NCBI RefSeq assembly: GCF_963921235.1
Contig: NW_026948141.1
Coordinates: forward strand, 62,001 to 126,000
DNA length: 64,000 bases
Source: Mobula hypostoma
Lineage: Eukaryota
Reading direction: 5' to 3'
Shown here piece by piece: positions 38,549-51,025 of this stretch. Numbering within the stretch: position 1 is the stretch's first letter; the number at the start of each line of letters is the position of its first letter. Made by a program: the position numbers and the translations under genes. The notes under the pieces are model-generated. The model had not been told where the DNA came from, ran no database searches, and saw only the letters and a program-made list of their open reading frames with translations.

Positions 38549-41044
38549 CCGGACAAGCTGCATCTCCATCTGGTCTGGGAGCGGCAGAGCATCGGACCGG
38601 ACAAGCTGCATCTCCATCTGGTCTGGGAGCGGCAGAGCATCGGACCGGACAAGCTGCATCTCCATCTGGTCTGGGAGCGGCAGAGCATCGGACCGGACAA
38701 GCTGCATCTCCATCTGGCATGGGAGCAGCAGAGCATCGGACCGGACAAGCTGCATCTCCATCTGGCATGGGAGCAGCAGAGCATCGGACCGGACAAGCTG
38801 CATCTGCATCTGGTCTGGGAGCGGCAGAGCATCGGACCGGACAAGCTGCATCTCCATCTGGCATGGGAGCGGCAGAGCATCGGACCGGACAAGCTGCATC
38901 TCCATCTGGCATGGGAGCGGCAGAGCATCGGACCGGACAAGCTGCATCTCCATCTGGCATGGGAGCGGCAGAGCATCGGACCGGACAAGCTGCATCTCCA
39001 TCTGGCATGGGAGCGGCAGAGCATCGGACCGGACAAGCTGCATCTCCATCTGGTCTGGGAGCGGCAGAGCATCGGACCGGACAAGCTGCATCTCCATCTG
39101 GTCTGGGAGCGGCAGAGCATCGGACCGGACAAGCTGCATCTCCATCTGGCATGGGAGCGGCAGAGCATCGGACCGGACAAGCTGCTTCTCCATCTGGCAT
39201 GGGAGCAGCAGAGCATCGGACCGGACAAGCTGCATCTCCATCTGGCATGGGAGCAGCAGAGCATCGGACCGGATAAGCTGCATCTCCATCTGGTCTGGGA
39301 GCAGCAGAGCATCGGACCGGACAAGCTGCATCTCCATCTGGTCTGGGAGCGGCCGAGCATCGGACCGGACAAGCTGCATCTCCATCTGGCATGGGAGCGG
39401 CCGAGCATCGGATCGGACAAGCTGCATCTCCATCTGGCATGGGAGCGGCAGAGCATCGGACCGGACAAGCTGCATCTCCATCTGGCATGGGAGCGGCAGA
39501 GCATCGGACCGGACAAGCTGCATCTCCATCTGGCATGGGAGCGGCAGAACATCGGACAGGACAAGCTGCATCTCCATCTGGCATGGGAGCGGCAGAACAT
39601 CGGACCGGACAAGCTGCTTCTCCATCTGGCATGGGAGCGGCAGAGCATCGGACCGGACAAGCTGCATCTCCATCTGGCATGGGAGCGGCAGAACATCGGA
39701 CCGGACAAGCTGCTTCTCCATCTGGCATGGGAGCGGCAGAGCATCGGACCGGACAAGCTGCATCTCCATCTGGTCTGGGAGCGGCAGAGCATCGGACCGG
39801 ACAAGCTGCATCTCCATCTGGTCTGGGAGCGGCAGAGCATCGGACCGGACAAGCTGCATCTCCATCTGGTCTGGGAGCGGCAGAGCATCGGACCGGACAA
39901 GCTGCATCTCCATCTGGTCTGGGAGCGGCAGAGCATCGGACCGGACAAGCTGCATCTCCATCTGGCATGGGAGCGGCAGAGCATCGGACCGGACAAGCTG
40001 CATCTCCATCTGGCATGGGAGCGGCAGAGCATCGGACCGGACAAGCTGCATCTCCATCTGGCATGGGAGCGGCAGAGCATCGGACCGGACAAGCTGCATC
40101 TCCATCTGGCATGGGAGCGGCAGAGCATCGGACCGGACAAGCTGTATCTCCATCTGGTCTGGGAGCGGCAGAGCATCGGACCGGACAAGCTGCATCTCCA
40201 TCTGGTCTGGGAGCGGCAGGGCATCGGACCGGACAAGCTGCATCTCCATCTGGCATGGGAGCGGCAGAGCATCGGACCGGACAAGCTGCTTCTCCATCTG
40301 GCATGGGAGCGGCAGAGCATCGGACCGGACAAGCTGCATCTCCATCTGGTCTGGGAGCGGCAGAGTATCGGACCGGACAAGCTGCATCTCCATCTGGCAT
40401 GGGAGCAGCAGAGCATCGGACCGGATAAGCTGCATCTCCATCTGGTCTGGGAGCAGCAGAGCATCGGACCGGACAAGCTGCATCTCCATCTGGTCTGGGA
40501 GCGGCCGAGCATCGGACCGGACAAGCTGCATCTCCATCTGGCATGGGAGCGGCCGAGCATCGGACCAGACAAGCTGCATCTCCATCTGGCATGGGAGCGG
40601 CAGAGCATCGGACCGGACAAGCTGCATCTCCATCTGGCATGGGAGCGGCAGAACATCGGACCGGACAAGCTGCTTCTCCATCTGGCATGGGAGCGGCAGA
40701 GCATCGGACCGGACAAGCTGCATCTCCATCTGGCATGGGAGCGGCAGAACATCGGACCGGACAAGCTGCTTCTCCATCTGGCATGGGAGCGGCAGAGCAT
40801 CGGACCGGACAAGCTGCATCTCCATCTGGTCTGGGAGCGGCAGAGCATCGGACCGGACAAGCTGCATCTCCATCTGGTCTGGGAGCGGCAGAGCATCGGA
40901 CCGGACAAGCTGCATCTCCATCTGGTCTGGGAGCGGCAGAGTATCGGACCGGACAAGCTGCATCTCCATCTGGTCTGGGAGCAGCAGAGCATCGGACCGG
41001 ACAAGCTGCATCTCCATCTGGTCTGGGAGCGGCAGAGCATTGGA
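38549..41044 (+). repeat. 48-bp minisatellite B2, 52 units
   Basis: 2496 bp = 52 x 48. Confidence 0.97.
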
Positions 41045-41143
41045 CCGGAAGTTCCTACAAAGGATTGTGAGAACAGCTGAGAGGATCCTAGGGGTCTCCC
41101 TACCATTTATTGAGGACCATTTATCAGGAGAACTGTGTACACA

Positions 41144-41876
41144 GGCGCTCCCCAGGGCTGTATACTCGGGTGCTTCCCAGGGCTGTGTACTCAGGTGCTC
41201 CCTGGTGCTCCCCAGGGCTGTGTACTCAGGTGCTCCCTGGGCTCCCCAGGGCTGTGTACTCAGGTGTACTCAGGTGCTCCCCAGGGCTGTATACTCGGGT
41301 GCTCCCCAGAGCTGTGTACTCAGGTGTACTCAGGTGCTCCCTGGGCTCCCCAGGGCTGTGTACTCAGGTGTACTCAGGTGTACTCAGGTGCTCCCTGGGC
41401 TTCCCAGGGCTGTGTACTCAGGTGCTCCCCAGGGCTGTGTACTCAGGTGTACTCAGGTGTACTCAGGTGCTCCCTGGGCTCCCCAGGGCTGTGTACTCAG
41501 GTGTACTCAGGTGTACTCAGGTGCTCCCTGGGCTTCCCAGGGCTGTGTACTCAGGTGTACTCAGGTGCTCCCCAGGGCTGTGTACTCAGGTGTACTCAGG
41601 TGCTCCCTGGGCTTCCCAGGGCTGTGTACTCAGGTGCTCCCCAGGGCTGTGTACTCAGGTGTACTCAGGTGCTCCCTGGGCTTCCCAGGGCTGTGTACTC
41701 AGGTGCTCCCCAGGGCTGTGTACTCAGGTGTACTCAGGTGCTCCCTGGGCTTCCCAGGGCTGTGTACTCAGGTGCTCCCCAGGGCTGTGTACTCAGGTGT
41801 ACTCAGGTGCTCCCCAGCGCTGTGTATTCAGGTATATTCAGGTGTACTCAGGTGCTCCCCAGGACTGTGTACTCAG
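41144..41876 (+). repeat. Complex minisatellite A3
   Basis: Same modules as A1. Confidence 0.97.
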
Positions 41877-42310
41877 CCCGCTGCTGTTCACACTGCTGGC
41901 CCATGACTGTCACAGGATTCAGCTCAAATGTTTGTGGATGACACAACAGTGGTTGGCCTCATCAACAATGATGAGGAGTCAGAGTAAGAGAGGAAGTGAA
42001 GCGACTGATGTGAGAATAACAACCTAAGTCTGATTGTGGAGAAGGCCACAGAAACGTTGTGGACTTCAGGAAGTTGCAAATGGACCATCCTCCTCTGCAT
42101 ACATGGCTTCTCCATAGAGAGAGTTAAGTGCACCAAGTTCCTGGGAGTTCACATCACGGATGATCTCACCTGGTCCCTTAATAGCTCTTCCCTGAACAAG
42201 AAGGCACAGAAGTGCCTCCACTTCTGAAGGAGGTTGAGGTAAACAAGGCTCTCCCACATCCGCCCCACCCCAATCTTAATTGCAATTTACAGAAGCACCA
42301 CTGAGAGCAT

Positions 42311-42982
42311 CCGGACAAGCTGCATCTCCATCTGGTCTGGGAGCGGCAGAGCATCGGACCGGACAAGCTGCATCTTCATCTGGTCTGGGAGCGGCAGAGC
42401 ATCGGACCGGACAAGCTGCATCTCCATCTGGTCTGGGAGCGGCAGAGCATCGGACCGGACAAGCTGCATCTCCATCTGGCATGGGAGCGGCAGAGCATCG
42501 GACCGGATAAGCTGCATCTCCATCTGGCATGGGAGCAGCAGAGCATCGGACCGGACAAGCTGCATCTCCATCTGGTCTGGGAGCGGCAGAGCATCGGACC
42601 GGACAAGCTGCATCTCCATCTGGTCTGGGAGCGGCAGAGCATCGGACCGGACAAGCTGCATCTCCATCTGGTCTGGGAGCGGCAGAGCATCGGACCGGAC
42701 AAGCTGCATCTCCATCTGGCATGGGAGCGGCAGAGCATCGGACCGGACAAGCTGCTTCTCCATCTGGCATGGGAGCGGCAGAGCATCGGACCGGACAAGC
42801 TGCATCTCCATCTGGTCTGGGAGCGGCAGAGTATCGGACCGGACAAGCTGCATCTCCATCTGGTCTGGGAGCAGCAGAGCATCGGACCGGACAAGCTGCA
42901 TCTCCATCTGGTCTGGGAGCAGCAGAGCATCGGACCGGACAAGCTGCATCTCCATCTGGTCTGGGAGCGGCAGAGCATTGGA
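42311..42982 (+). repeat. 48-bp minisatellite B3, 14 units
   Basis: 672 bp = 14 x 48. Confidence 0.97.
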
Positions 42983-44859
42983 CCGGAAGTTCCTACAAAG
43001 GATTGTGAGAACAGCTGAGAGGATCCTAGGGGTCTCCCTACCATTTATTGAGGACCATTTATCAGGAGAACTGTGTACACAGGCCCCTTAGTATTAAGAA
43101 CCCCAACGATCCATCCAGCATCTCCTTTGACTTTCTACCATCAGGCAGGAGACTTCAATGCATAAGGACAAGAACAGTCAGAATGGGAAACAGTTTCTTC
43201 CTCAGGCCATGAGGCTTCTGAATTCCCAGCCGCATTGCATTTGAAGTGCCACCAGTTAATTTGTTCTGCACCCTACAAAATGTAATTTATGCACTTTGTT
43301 TATTTATGTGTAATTCATCTGTGGATTTTATTGTTACTTTCCTAAGTTATTGTGTGTTATACGTGTGCTATGTGTACTTCTGTGCTTTACACCCTGGTCC
43401 ACGTTGTCTTGTTTGACGGTTTACATGTATATAGTTAAATGACAATAAACTTGACTTGACTTAATATTGCAAAGTCTCCTGTCTGTGTGGGTGCCATATC
43501 CGTGTATCCTTGTACCTGTTTAAGATGGCACTACTGAACAAGGGCGACAGCTCACTGGTAGTTTAAAAAAAAGGCAAGAGTTTCGACAAAAAACCACTAA
43601 AAACAGCTTTTCTGAGTTAAATAGTGTTAAATTATCACCGCAAACAGTGAGGGGATGAGCGATGGTGAAGTGAGTTCGGGATTGAGCCAGGATGGTGAGA
43701 TGCAGAATTGATGCAGTCAGATGCAGTGAAGTTCCGATGCCCGTACAGCTGGCTCAGGGGTGAGATTGGATCGCTCTGGGTGCCGAGAGGAGAAATCAGG
43801 GCAGAGGAGATTCAATGCCTGTACAGCTGGCTCAGGTGCGAGATTGGATCACTCTGGGCATTGAGCTGATTTGAAGAGCTTGAGAGTGGCTTCAGACTAG
43901 GCCATGAAATCTGGGCCTGGAGTGAATCACTGGGCGGCTTCATCTAGTCCCCGAACCCTTCACAGCAGCTGGGTACTACTGCGGTGGACAATCTGCTGTT
44001 TACACAATTTAAACACTGGCCCAGATCGTAGGTGAGAGCCAATTTTGCTCGCTCTCCATGATGTTCACTCCCTCTCCAGGGCATCCGAACCTTTCACTGT
44101 TCCATTGTTTGGTCAGTTTCAACGCTAGCCCAGACTGAAAAGACAAGGTGTCAGGTTCTGAGGCATGAGCCGATTTTGCTTGTTCTCCATGATGGTCACT
44201 GCTCTCTCCATGGTGCTGAGGCTATGAAGACAGCCCTGGCTGCTGTCTCTGTGCCTGCTAATATGATGAACTGGTAAGTGAGGCCTTGGGCCTACTCCAT
44301 TGTGCTCTGGGATTTCGATCTGAGGTCTCAATTTGGTTCAGAATGCTGTTGTTCGCTTCAGTTACTGGCATGATTTGTGTCCTTTTTTCCCCTTTCTCTT
44401 GCACTTCAGGTGATGGTATTTTATTATTTTTTTTCTTTTAATTGGGTTTTTTTGGGTTTCTTGATTTGTGTTTATCTGTAAGCAAACAAATCTCAAGGTT
44501 GTATAATTTAATCTCTTTGATAATAAGTGTACTTTGAATCTTTATATCAGTTTGAAGCTAGTCAACTGCCTGGACTGCTCTTCCCATCAATGAATCAATC
44601 TGAAACAATTTGACTGCCTTTTCTCCATAGTCCATGTAGTCGCAAATCAATTCTGCTCTTCTGACATCTCCACTTATATTCGTATTTGCAGTTTGTTGTC
44701 TTTTGAACATTTGTTGTTTATCTGTCGTGTTGGGTGTGGTCTTTCATTGATTCTATCATGTTTCTTATATTTACTATGAATGCCCACAAGAAACTGCATC
44801 TCAGGGTTGTATATGGTGATAATAAATCTACTTTGAACTATGAACCTTGAAATTTTTTT

Positions 44860-45372
44860 TGATTCAAGATTGTTTAATGTAATTTCCAGTACACAAGTAT
44901 AAAGGAGAATAAATAACTTTTACTCCAAAAGTAGCACGAGAAAACACAATAAGATAAAGAAGACAATAATAAAAAAGCACAATAAATATAAGTACACAGA
45001 TAGCTTATGCATTGTATGTCGGTAAAGTGACGCCAGGCACAGGAGTGTCTGTACATAGGGTGACTCTGGCAGGAAGTGATGAGGTAGTGGTGGTTGGGGG
45101 TGTGGAGGGGTGGGCTAGTGGGTTGAAATATTGATCAGCTGGACTGCTTGGGGAAAGTAACTATTTTCGAGCTGGTGGCCCTGATGTGGATGCTGATGTG
45201 AGTGGGACAAACAGTCCTCGAGCAGGGTGAGTGGGATCCTTCATGATGTTACTGGCCCTTTTCCGGCACCTTTCTGTGTATATGTCCCTGATGGCAAGTA
45301 GGCAGATACCAACAATGCATTGGACAGTTTTGACTGTCCGTTGTAGAGACATCCTGTCTGCTGCAGTGCAGT
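44860..45372 (-). mobile_element. Rex1/Babar 3' fragment
   Basis: ORF 45161-45352 LQRTVKTVQCIVG..IRDIYTERCRKRASNIMKDPTHP; 3'UTR shared with 16435. Confidence 0.85.
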
Positions 45373-46591
45373 CTATTTCAACATTTAACTGCTTTTTGAT
45401 TAAAGGTTCAATTGTCTTTGCTTCATTAGTTCCCTGTCACAATGCATTCTCTGCTCCATCAGTCCTGTATGGAAAACATTCGGATAACCCTTTTCCCCTC
45501 TCCCTTGGTGACAATTTTCTTTGTCACTGATTCACATCGCAGGAAATGATCTTTCTTCATTCACTGGATGTAAGGTTAGCTATTTATACCCAGGCCCTGA
45601 GATGTTTAGACCCTCAGCGGGCTGTGTTACTAGGACACAGAGCGTGGTTGAGGCCACTTCATTTTTGAATTTGCAATTGCATTTTATGAATTTTTCATGC
45701 TTTGTGTGCGAGAGTACTTGACAGTGTGGATCAGGGATACTTGTGGATCTTGTATCCTCTTATCACGACCATCAGGGCAGAGCTACATGTGGCTGAAGAC
45801 ACACACCCAATGATTCAGGAACAGCTTCTGCCCCTCAGCCATCTGAATGGACATTGAACCCATGAACTTCACTTTAAAAAAATTTTTTTGCTTTCTTTTT
45901 GCACACTTACTTTAATATTTTATATGTATTTCTTATTGTAATTTATAGTTTTCTTATTATTAAGTATTGCAGTGTACCACTGCTACAAAACAACAAATTT
46001 CACAATATGTGCCAGTGATATTAAATCTTATTCTGATTCTGATTTTAGGAGATGCTTTGAATTGGAATGAGATCAGGGACATTAAAACTGGGAAACAAGT
46101 GTTCATGTTATATGTTTTGCAAATAATAAAGACAGAACGTGGTCAGGTGGAAAGGTGGAGTTACAGAGTTACTGATCAGGAAGGATTCAGATTCACATTA
46201 ATTTATTTGTCGTTATGTACAATACGTCAAAACAACGTGAAATGCTAACAACCATCACACCTAATGATATGCTAGGGGAGGTTGCAGGTGTCGGAAGTGC
46301 AGGGAGACACCAATGCCCTTGAATGGGAAAAGCCTGCAGAAAGTAGTAGATACAACCCAGTCCATCGGGGTAAAGCCTTCCCAACTGTTGAGCACATCTA
46401 CGTAGAGTGCTGTTACAGGAGAGTAGCATCCATCATCAAGGACCCCCACAATGCAGATTATGCTCTCTTCTCGCTGCTGCCAACAGGAAGGAAGTACAGG
46501 ATATTCAGGACCCACATCACCAGGTTCAGGAACAGTTAATACCCCTCAACCATCAGGCTCCTGAACCAGAGGGGAGAACTTCACTCAACTC

Positions 46592-47860
46592 AGAACCAGA
46601 ATCAGAATCAGGTTTAGTATCACTGGCATATGTTGTGAAATTTGTTGTTTTGCAGTAGCAATATTGTGCAATATATAATAAAATTTATAAATTACAATAA
46701 GTATATATATATATATATATAAAAAGAAAATTAACTTAAAAAAAGTGCAGAACGAGAGGGGAAAATACTGAGGTAGTGTTCATGGGTTCATTGTCCATTC
46801 AGAAATCTGATGGCGGTGGGGGGGGGGGGGAAGCAAGCTGTTTCTGAAGGCTCCTGTACCACCTCCTTGATGGTAGCAGTGAGAAGAGGGCATGTCCTGG
46901 GCGATGGGGGTCCTTAATGATAGATACCCCCTTTCTGAGACATCACCTTTTGAAAGTGTCCTTGATGCTGGGGAGGCTCGTGCCCATGATGGAACTGGCT
47001 GAGCTTACAACTTTCTGCAGCCTTTTTCAATTCAATGTGGTGGCTCCTTTATTCCTGAATATGATGCAACCAGTTAAAATGCTCTCCACAGCACATCTGT
47101 AGATACTTGCGATAGTCTTTCGTGACATGCCAAGTCTCCTGAAGCTCCTAATGAAATCTAGCTGCTGTCATGCCTTCTTTGCAATTGCATCAATATGTCA
47201 GGATAGATCCTCAGAGATAGTGGCACCCAGGAACTTGAAATTTCTCGCCCTTCCCACTTCTGATCCCTCAATGAGAACTGGTGTGCGTTCCTTCCCGAAG
47301 TCCACAATCAACTCCTTAGTCTTACTGACGTTCAGTGACACCACTCAACCAGCAGATCGATCTTGCGCCTGTATGTCTCCTCGTCACCATCTGAAGTTCT
47401 GTCAACCAGAGGTCCCCAACCATTTTTATGCCATGGATCCCTACCATTAGCTGAGGGGTCCATAGAACCCAGATTAGGAACTCCTACAAGTGCCAACAAT
47501 AAATGTATTGTTGGCATATTTATAGATGGCATTTGAGCTGTGCCTAGACACACAATCGTGGGAGTACAGAGAATAGAGCACACATCCTTGAGGTTGATTG
47601 TCAACAAGTAGGAGATATTATTTCTGATCTGCACAGACTGTGATTTCCCAATGAGGAAGTCAAAGGATCCAGTTGCAGAGGGAGGTAGAGGCTTATGTTT
47701 TGGAGCTTCTTGAGTGGAACTGAGGGTATGATTGTGTTGAGCACTAAGCTGCAGTCAATAACAGCAACCTAACATAGCTATTGTTATTGTCCAGGTTATC
47801 CAAAGCCAAGTAGCAAGTCAGTGAGATTGCATCTGCTATAGACCTATTATGCCGATAGAC
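46592..47860 (-). mobile_element. Decayed Rex1/Babar LINE inserted into a + strand Rex 3' fragment (46290-46590 and 47861-47988)
   Basis: Same family as 6547-7935. The host fragment SIIKDPHNADYALFSLLPTGRKYR..RFRNS continues with aacttcactca on both sides. Confidence 0.8.
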
Positions 47861-47988
47861 AAACTTCACTCACCAACACTGAAATGTACCCACAATCTAT
47901 GGACTTACTTTCAAGGACTCTTCATCTCATGCACTCAAGATTTATTGTTTGTTATTATTAATTAGTTTGCTTTTTTTCTTTGTATTTA

Positions 47989-50259
47989 GACCATAAGACC
48001 ATAAGATATAGGAGCAGAAGTAGGCCATTTGGCCCATCAAGTCTGCTCTGCCATTCAATCATGAGCTGATCCAATTCTTCTAGTCATCTCCACTCCCCTG
48101 CCTTCTCTCCATACCCTTTGATGCCCTGGCTAATCAAGATCCTATCTGTCTCTGCCTTAAATGCACCCAATGACTTGGCCTCCACAGCCACTCGTGGCAA
48201 CAAATTCCACAGATTTACCACTCTCCGACAAAAGTAATTCCTCTGCAGCCCTGTTCTAAATGGACATCCTTCAATCCTGAAGTCGCGCCCTCATGTCCTA
48301 GACTCCCCTACCATGGAACATAACTTTGCCATATCTAACCTGTTCAGGCCATTTAACATTCTGAATGTTTCTATGAGATCCCCCCTCATTCTCCTAAACT
48401 CCAGGGAATACAGCTCAAGAGCTGCCAGACATTCCTCATATGGTAACCCCCTCATTCCTGGAATCATTCTCGTGAATCTTCTCTGAACCCTCTCCAATGT
48501 CTGTATATCCTTCCTAAAATAAGGAGCCCAAAACTACATACAATACTCCAAGTGTGATCTCATGAGTGCCTTATAAAGCCTCAACATCACATCCCTGCTC
48601 TTATATTCTATACCTCTAGAAATGAATGCCAACATTGCATTCGCCTTCTTCACAACTGATTTAACCTGGAGGTTAACCTTTAGGGTATCCTGCACAAGGA
48701 CTCCCAAGTCCCTTTGCATCTCTGCATTTTGAATTCTCTCCCTATCTAAATAATTGTCTGCCCGTTTATTTCTTCCACCAAAGTGCATGACCATACACTT
48801 TCCAACATTGTATTTCATTTGCCACTTCTTTGCCCATTCCACTAAACTATCTAAGTCTCTCTGCAGGCTGTCTGTTTCCTCGACACTACCCGCTCCTCCA
48901 TCTATCTTTGTATCATCAGCAGGTATATGGAGGAATTTAAGGTGGGGGCTTATATGGGAGGCAGGGTTTGAGAGTCGGCACAAAATTGTGGGCCGAAGGG
49001 CCTGTACTGTGCTGTACTATTCTATGTTCTATGTTCTAAATTTAGCCTCAAATCCATTAATCCCGTAGTCCAAATAATTGACATACATCGTAATCATGCT
49101 AGTAACCCCCTTGTAATTCCTTGGGTTCTTATCTTGCTAAGCAGCCTCACTTGTCAACGGCCTTCTGAAAATCCAAGTACACCACATCTACTGCATCTTC
49201 TTTGTCTACCCTGCTTGTAATTTGCTCAAAAAATTGCAGTAGGTTAGTCAGGCAGGATTTTCCTTTCAGGAAACCATGCTGGCTTTGGCCTATCTTGTCA
49301 TGTGCCTCCAGTTACTCCGTAATCTCACCCCTAACAATCGATTCTAACAATTTACCAGCCACAATTTACCAGCCACAATTTACCTGTCAGGCTATCAGGT
49401 CTAAACAGGTCTATAGTTTCCTTTCTGCTGCCTCCCACTGTTCTGAAATAGAGGAGTAACAGTTGCAATTTTCCTGTCGTCCGGTACAATGCCAGAAGCT
49501 ATCGATTCTAGAAAGATCATCGTTAATGCCTCCGCAATCTCTCCAGCTACTTCCTTCAGAACCCGAGGGTGCAGTCCATCAGGTCCAGGAGATTTATCCA
49601 CCCTCAGACCATTAAGCTTCCTGAGCATCTCCTCAGTTGTAATTTTCACTGTACATACTTCACTTCCCTGACACTCTTAAATATCTGGTATACCACACAC
49701 GTCTTTCACTGTGAAGACTGATGCAAAATACACATTCAGTTCCTCTGCCATCTCTGTGTCTTTCATTACAGCATCTCCAGCATCATTTTCTATTGGTCTT
49801 ATATCTTCCCTCAACTCTCTCTTACCCTTTATATACTTAAAAAAAGATTTTAGTATCTCCTTTGATATTAGTTGCCAGCTTCCTTCCATAATTCATCTTT
49901 TCCTTCCTAATGACCTTCTTAGTTTTCTTCTGAAAGCTTTTAAAAGCTTCCCAATCCTCTATCTTCCCACTAGCTTTGGCTTCCTTGCATGCCCTCTCTT
50001 TTGCTTTTACTTTGGCTCTGACTTCACTTGTCAGCCACGGTAGCGTCCTTCCATTTGAAAATTTCTTCCTGTTTGGAATATATCTGGCTTACACTTCCCT
50101 CATTTTTCGCAGAAACTCCAGCTCTGTCCTTCCTGCTAGTGTCTCTTTCCTGTCACCCTTGGCCAGTTCCCCTCTCATGCCATTGTAATTTCCTTTATTC
50201 CACTGAAGTACTAACATTTTGGAATTTATTTTCTCCTCAAATTTCAAAGTGAACTCGAT
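47989..50259 (-). mobile_element. 5'-truncated CR1 (~2.2 kb) containing a small + strand CR1 3' insert (48921-49037)
   Basis: ORFs 48291-48497, 48534-48983, 49401-49649 and 49677-49889 carry CR1 motifs. Confidence 0.92.
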
Positions 50260-50425
50260 CAGTGAGTGAGTGGGCCAGTGAAGGAGTGGAGCTTTGAGGC
50301 TTTGACTCGAGAGATTCTGGCAGTTGGTCTGTGCAATCAAGTCAATCAAGATTTGAATAGATCAGCAGAAAGCCGTTGATTAGACAATCAAGATTTGAAT
50401 AGCTAAGACTCAGCAGAAAGCACAT

Positions 50426-51025
50426 GAGTGTGGATTCATCTTTACAGTAGAGGAGGCCATGGATAGACATATCAGAATGGGAATAGGATGTGGAATTAAA
50501 ATGTGTGGCCACACTCAGGTTGGAGGAACAACACCTTATATTCTGTCTGGGTAGCCTCCAACCTGATGGCATGAACATTGACTTCTCAAACTTCCACTAA
50601 TGCCCCACCTCCCCCTCGTACCCCATCCGTTATTTATTTATAACACATTCTTTCTCTCTCTCTCTTTTTTCTCCCTCTGCCCCTCTCACTATACCCCTTG
50701 CCCATCCTCTGGGTTCCCCCCCCCCACCGCTTTTCTTTCTCCCTGGGCCTCCTGTCCCATGATCCTCTCGTATCCCTTTTGCCAATCACCTGTCCAGCTC
50801 TTGGCTCCATCCCTCCCCCTCCTGTCTTCTCCTATCATTTTCAATCTCCCCCCCGCCACTTTCAAATCTCTTACTAGCTCTTCTTTCAGTTAGTCCTGAC
50901 GAAGGGTCTCGGCCCGAAATGTCGACTGTACCTCTTCCTCGAGATGCTGCCTGGCCCGCTGTGTTCACCAGCAACTTTGATGTGTGTTGCTTGAATTTCC
51001 AGCATCTGCAGAATTCCTCGTGTTT
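50426..51025 (+). mobile_element. Penelope-like 3' fragment with 5' inversion and hammerhead-bearing terminal repeat
   Basis: Minus-strand VATHFNSTSYSHSDMSIHGLLYCKDESTL followed by plus-strand TLRLEEQHLIFCLGSLQPDGMNIDFSNF (GIY-YIG C-terminus), a pyrimidine tract and the HHR motif. Confidence 0.85.
50892..50928 (+). ncRNA. Minimal type I hammerhead ribozyme motif
   Basis: Stem I AGUC/GACU; CUGACGA; extra A; stem II GGGU-cucg-GCCC; GAAA; palindromic minimal stem III (A[U/C]GU); GUC cleavage triplet ending at 50923. Confidence 0.72.

Larger units (their letters stand above)
33928..43462 (+). mobile_element. Dead Rex1/Babar LINE expanded internally into nested tandem repeats
   Basis: The unique parts read [10 protein letters not shown]...LTERPQSVR / STGAPQG-CVLSPLLF / DDTTVVGLI / KFLGVHITDDLTWS / DRKFLQRIVRTAERILG / FLPSGRR..RMGNSFF, ending in AATAAA(CTTGA)n at 43446-43461. 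Confidence 0.9.

Noticed and set aside
35738..42982. CRISPR-like array
   Set aside because: Units are head-to-tail with no unique spacers, there are no cas genes, and the context is vertebrate.
35605..43044. Long ORFs of up to 896 aa on both strands across the 48-bp arrays
   Set aside because: A 48-bp unit without stops is open in most frames on both strands. The sequence derives from a LINE already carrying stops, and there is no gene context.
45543..45569. Possible micro-exon GNDLSSFTG between the LRRC56 exons
   Set aside because: The flanking exons already join in frame as in known orthologues, and this piece would be in a different phase.
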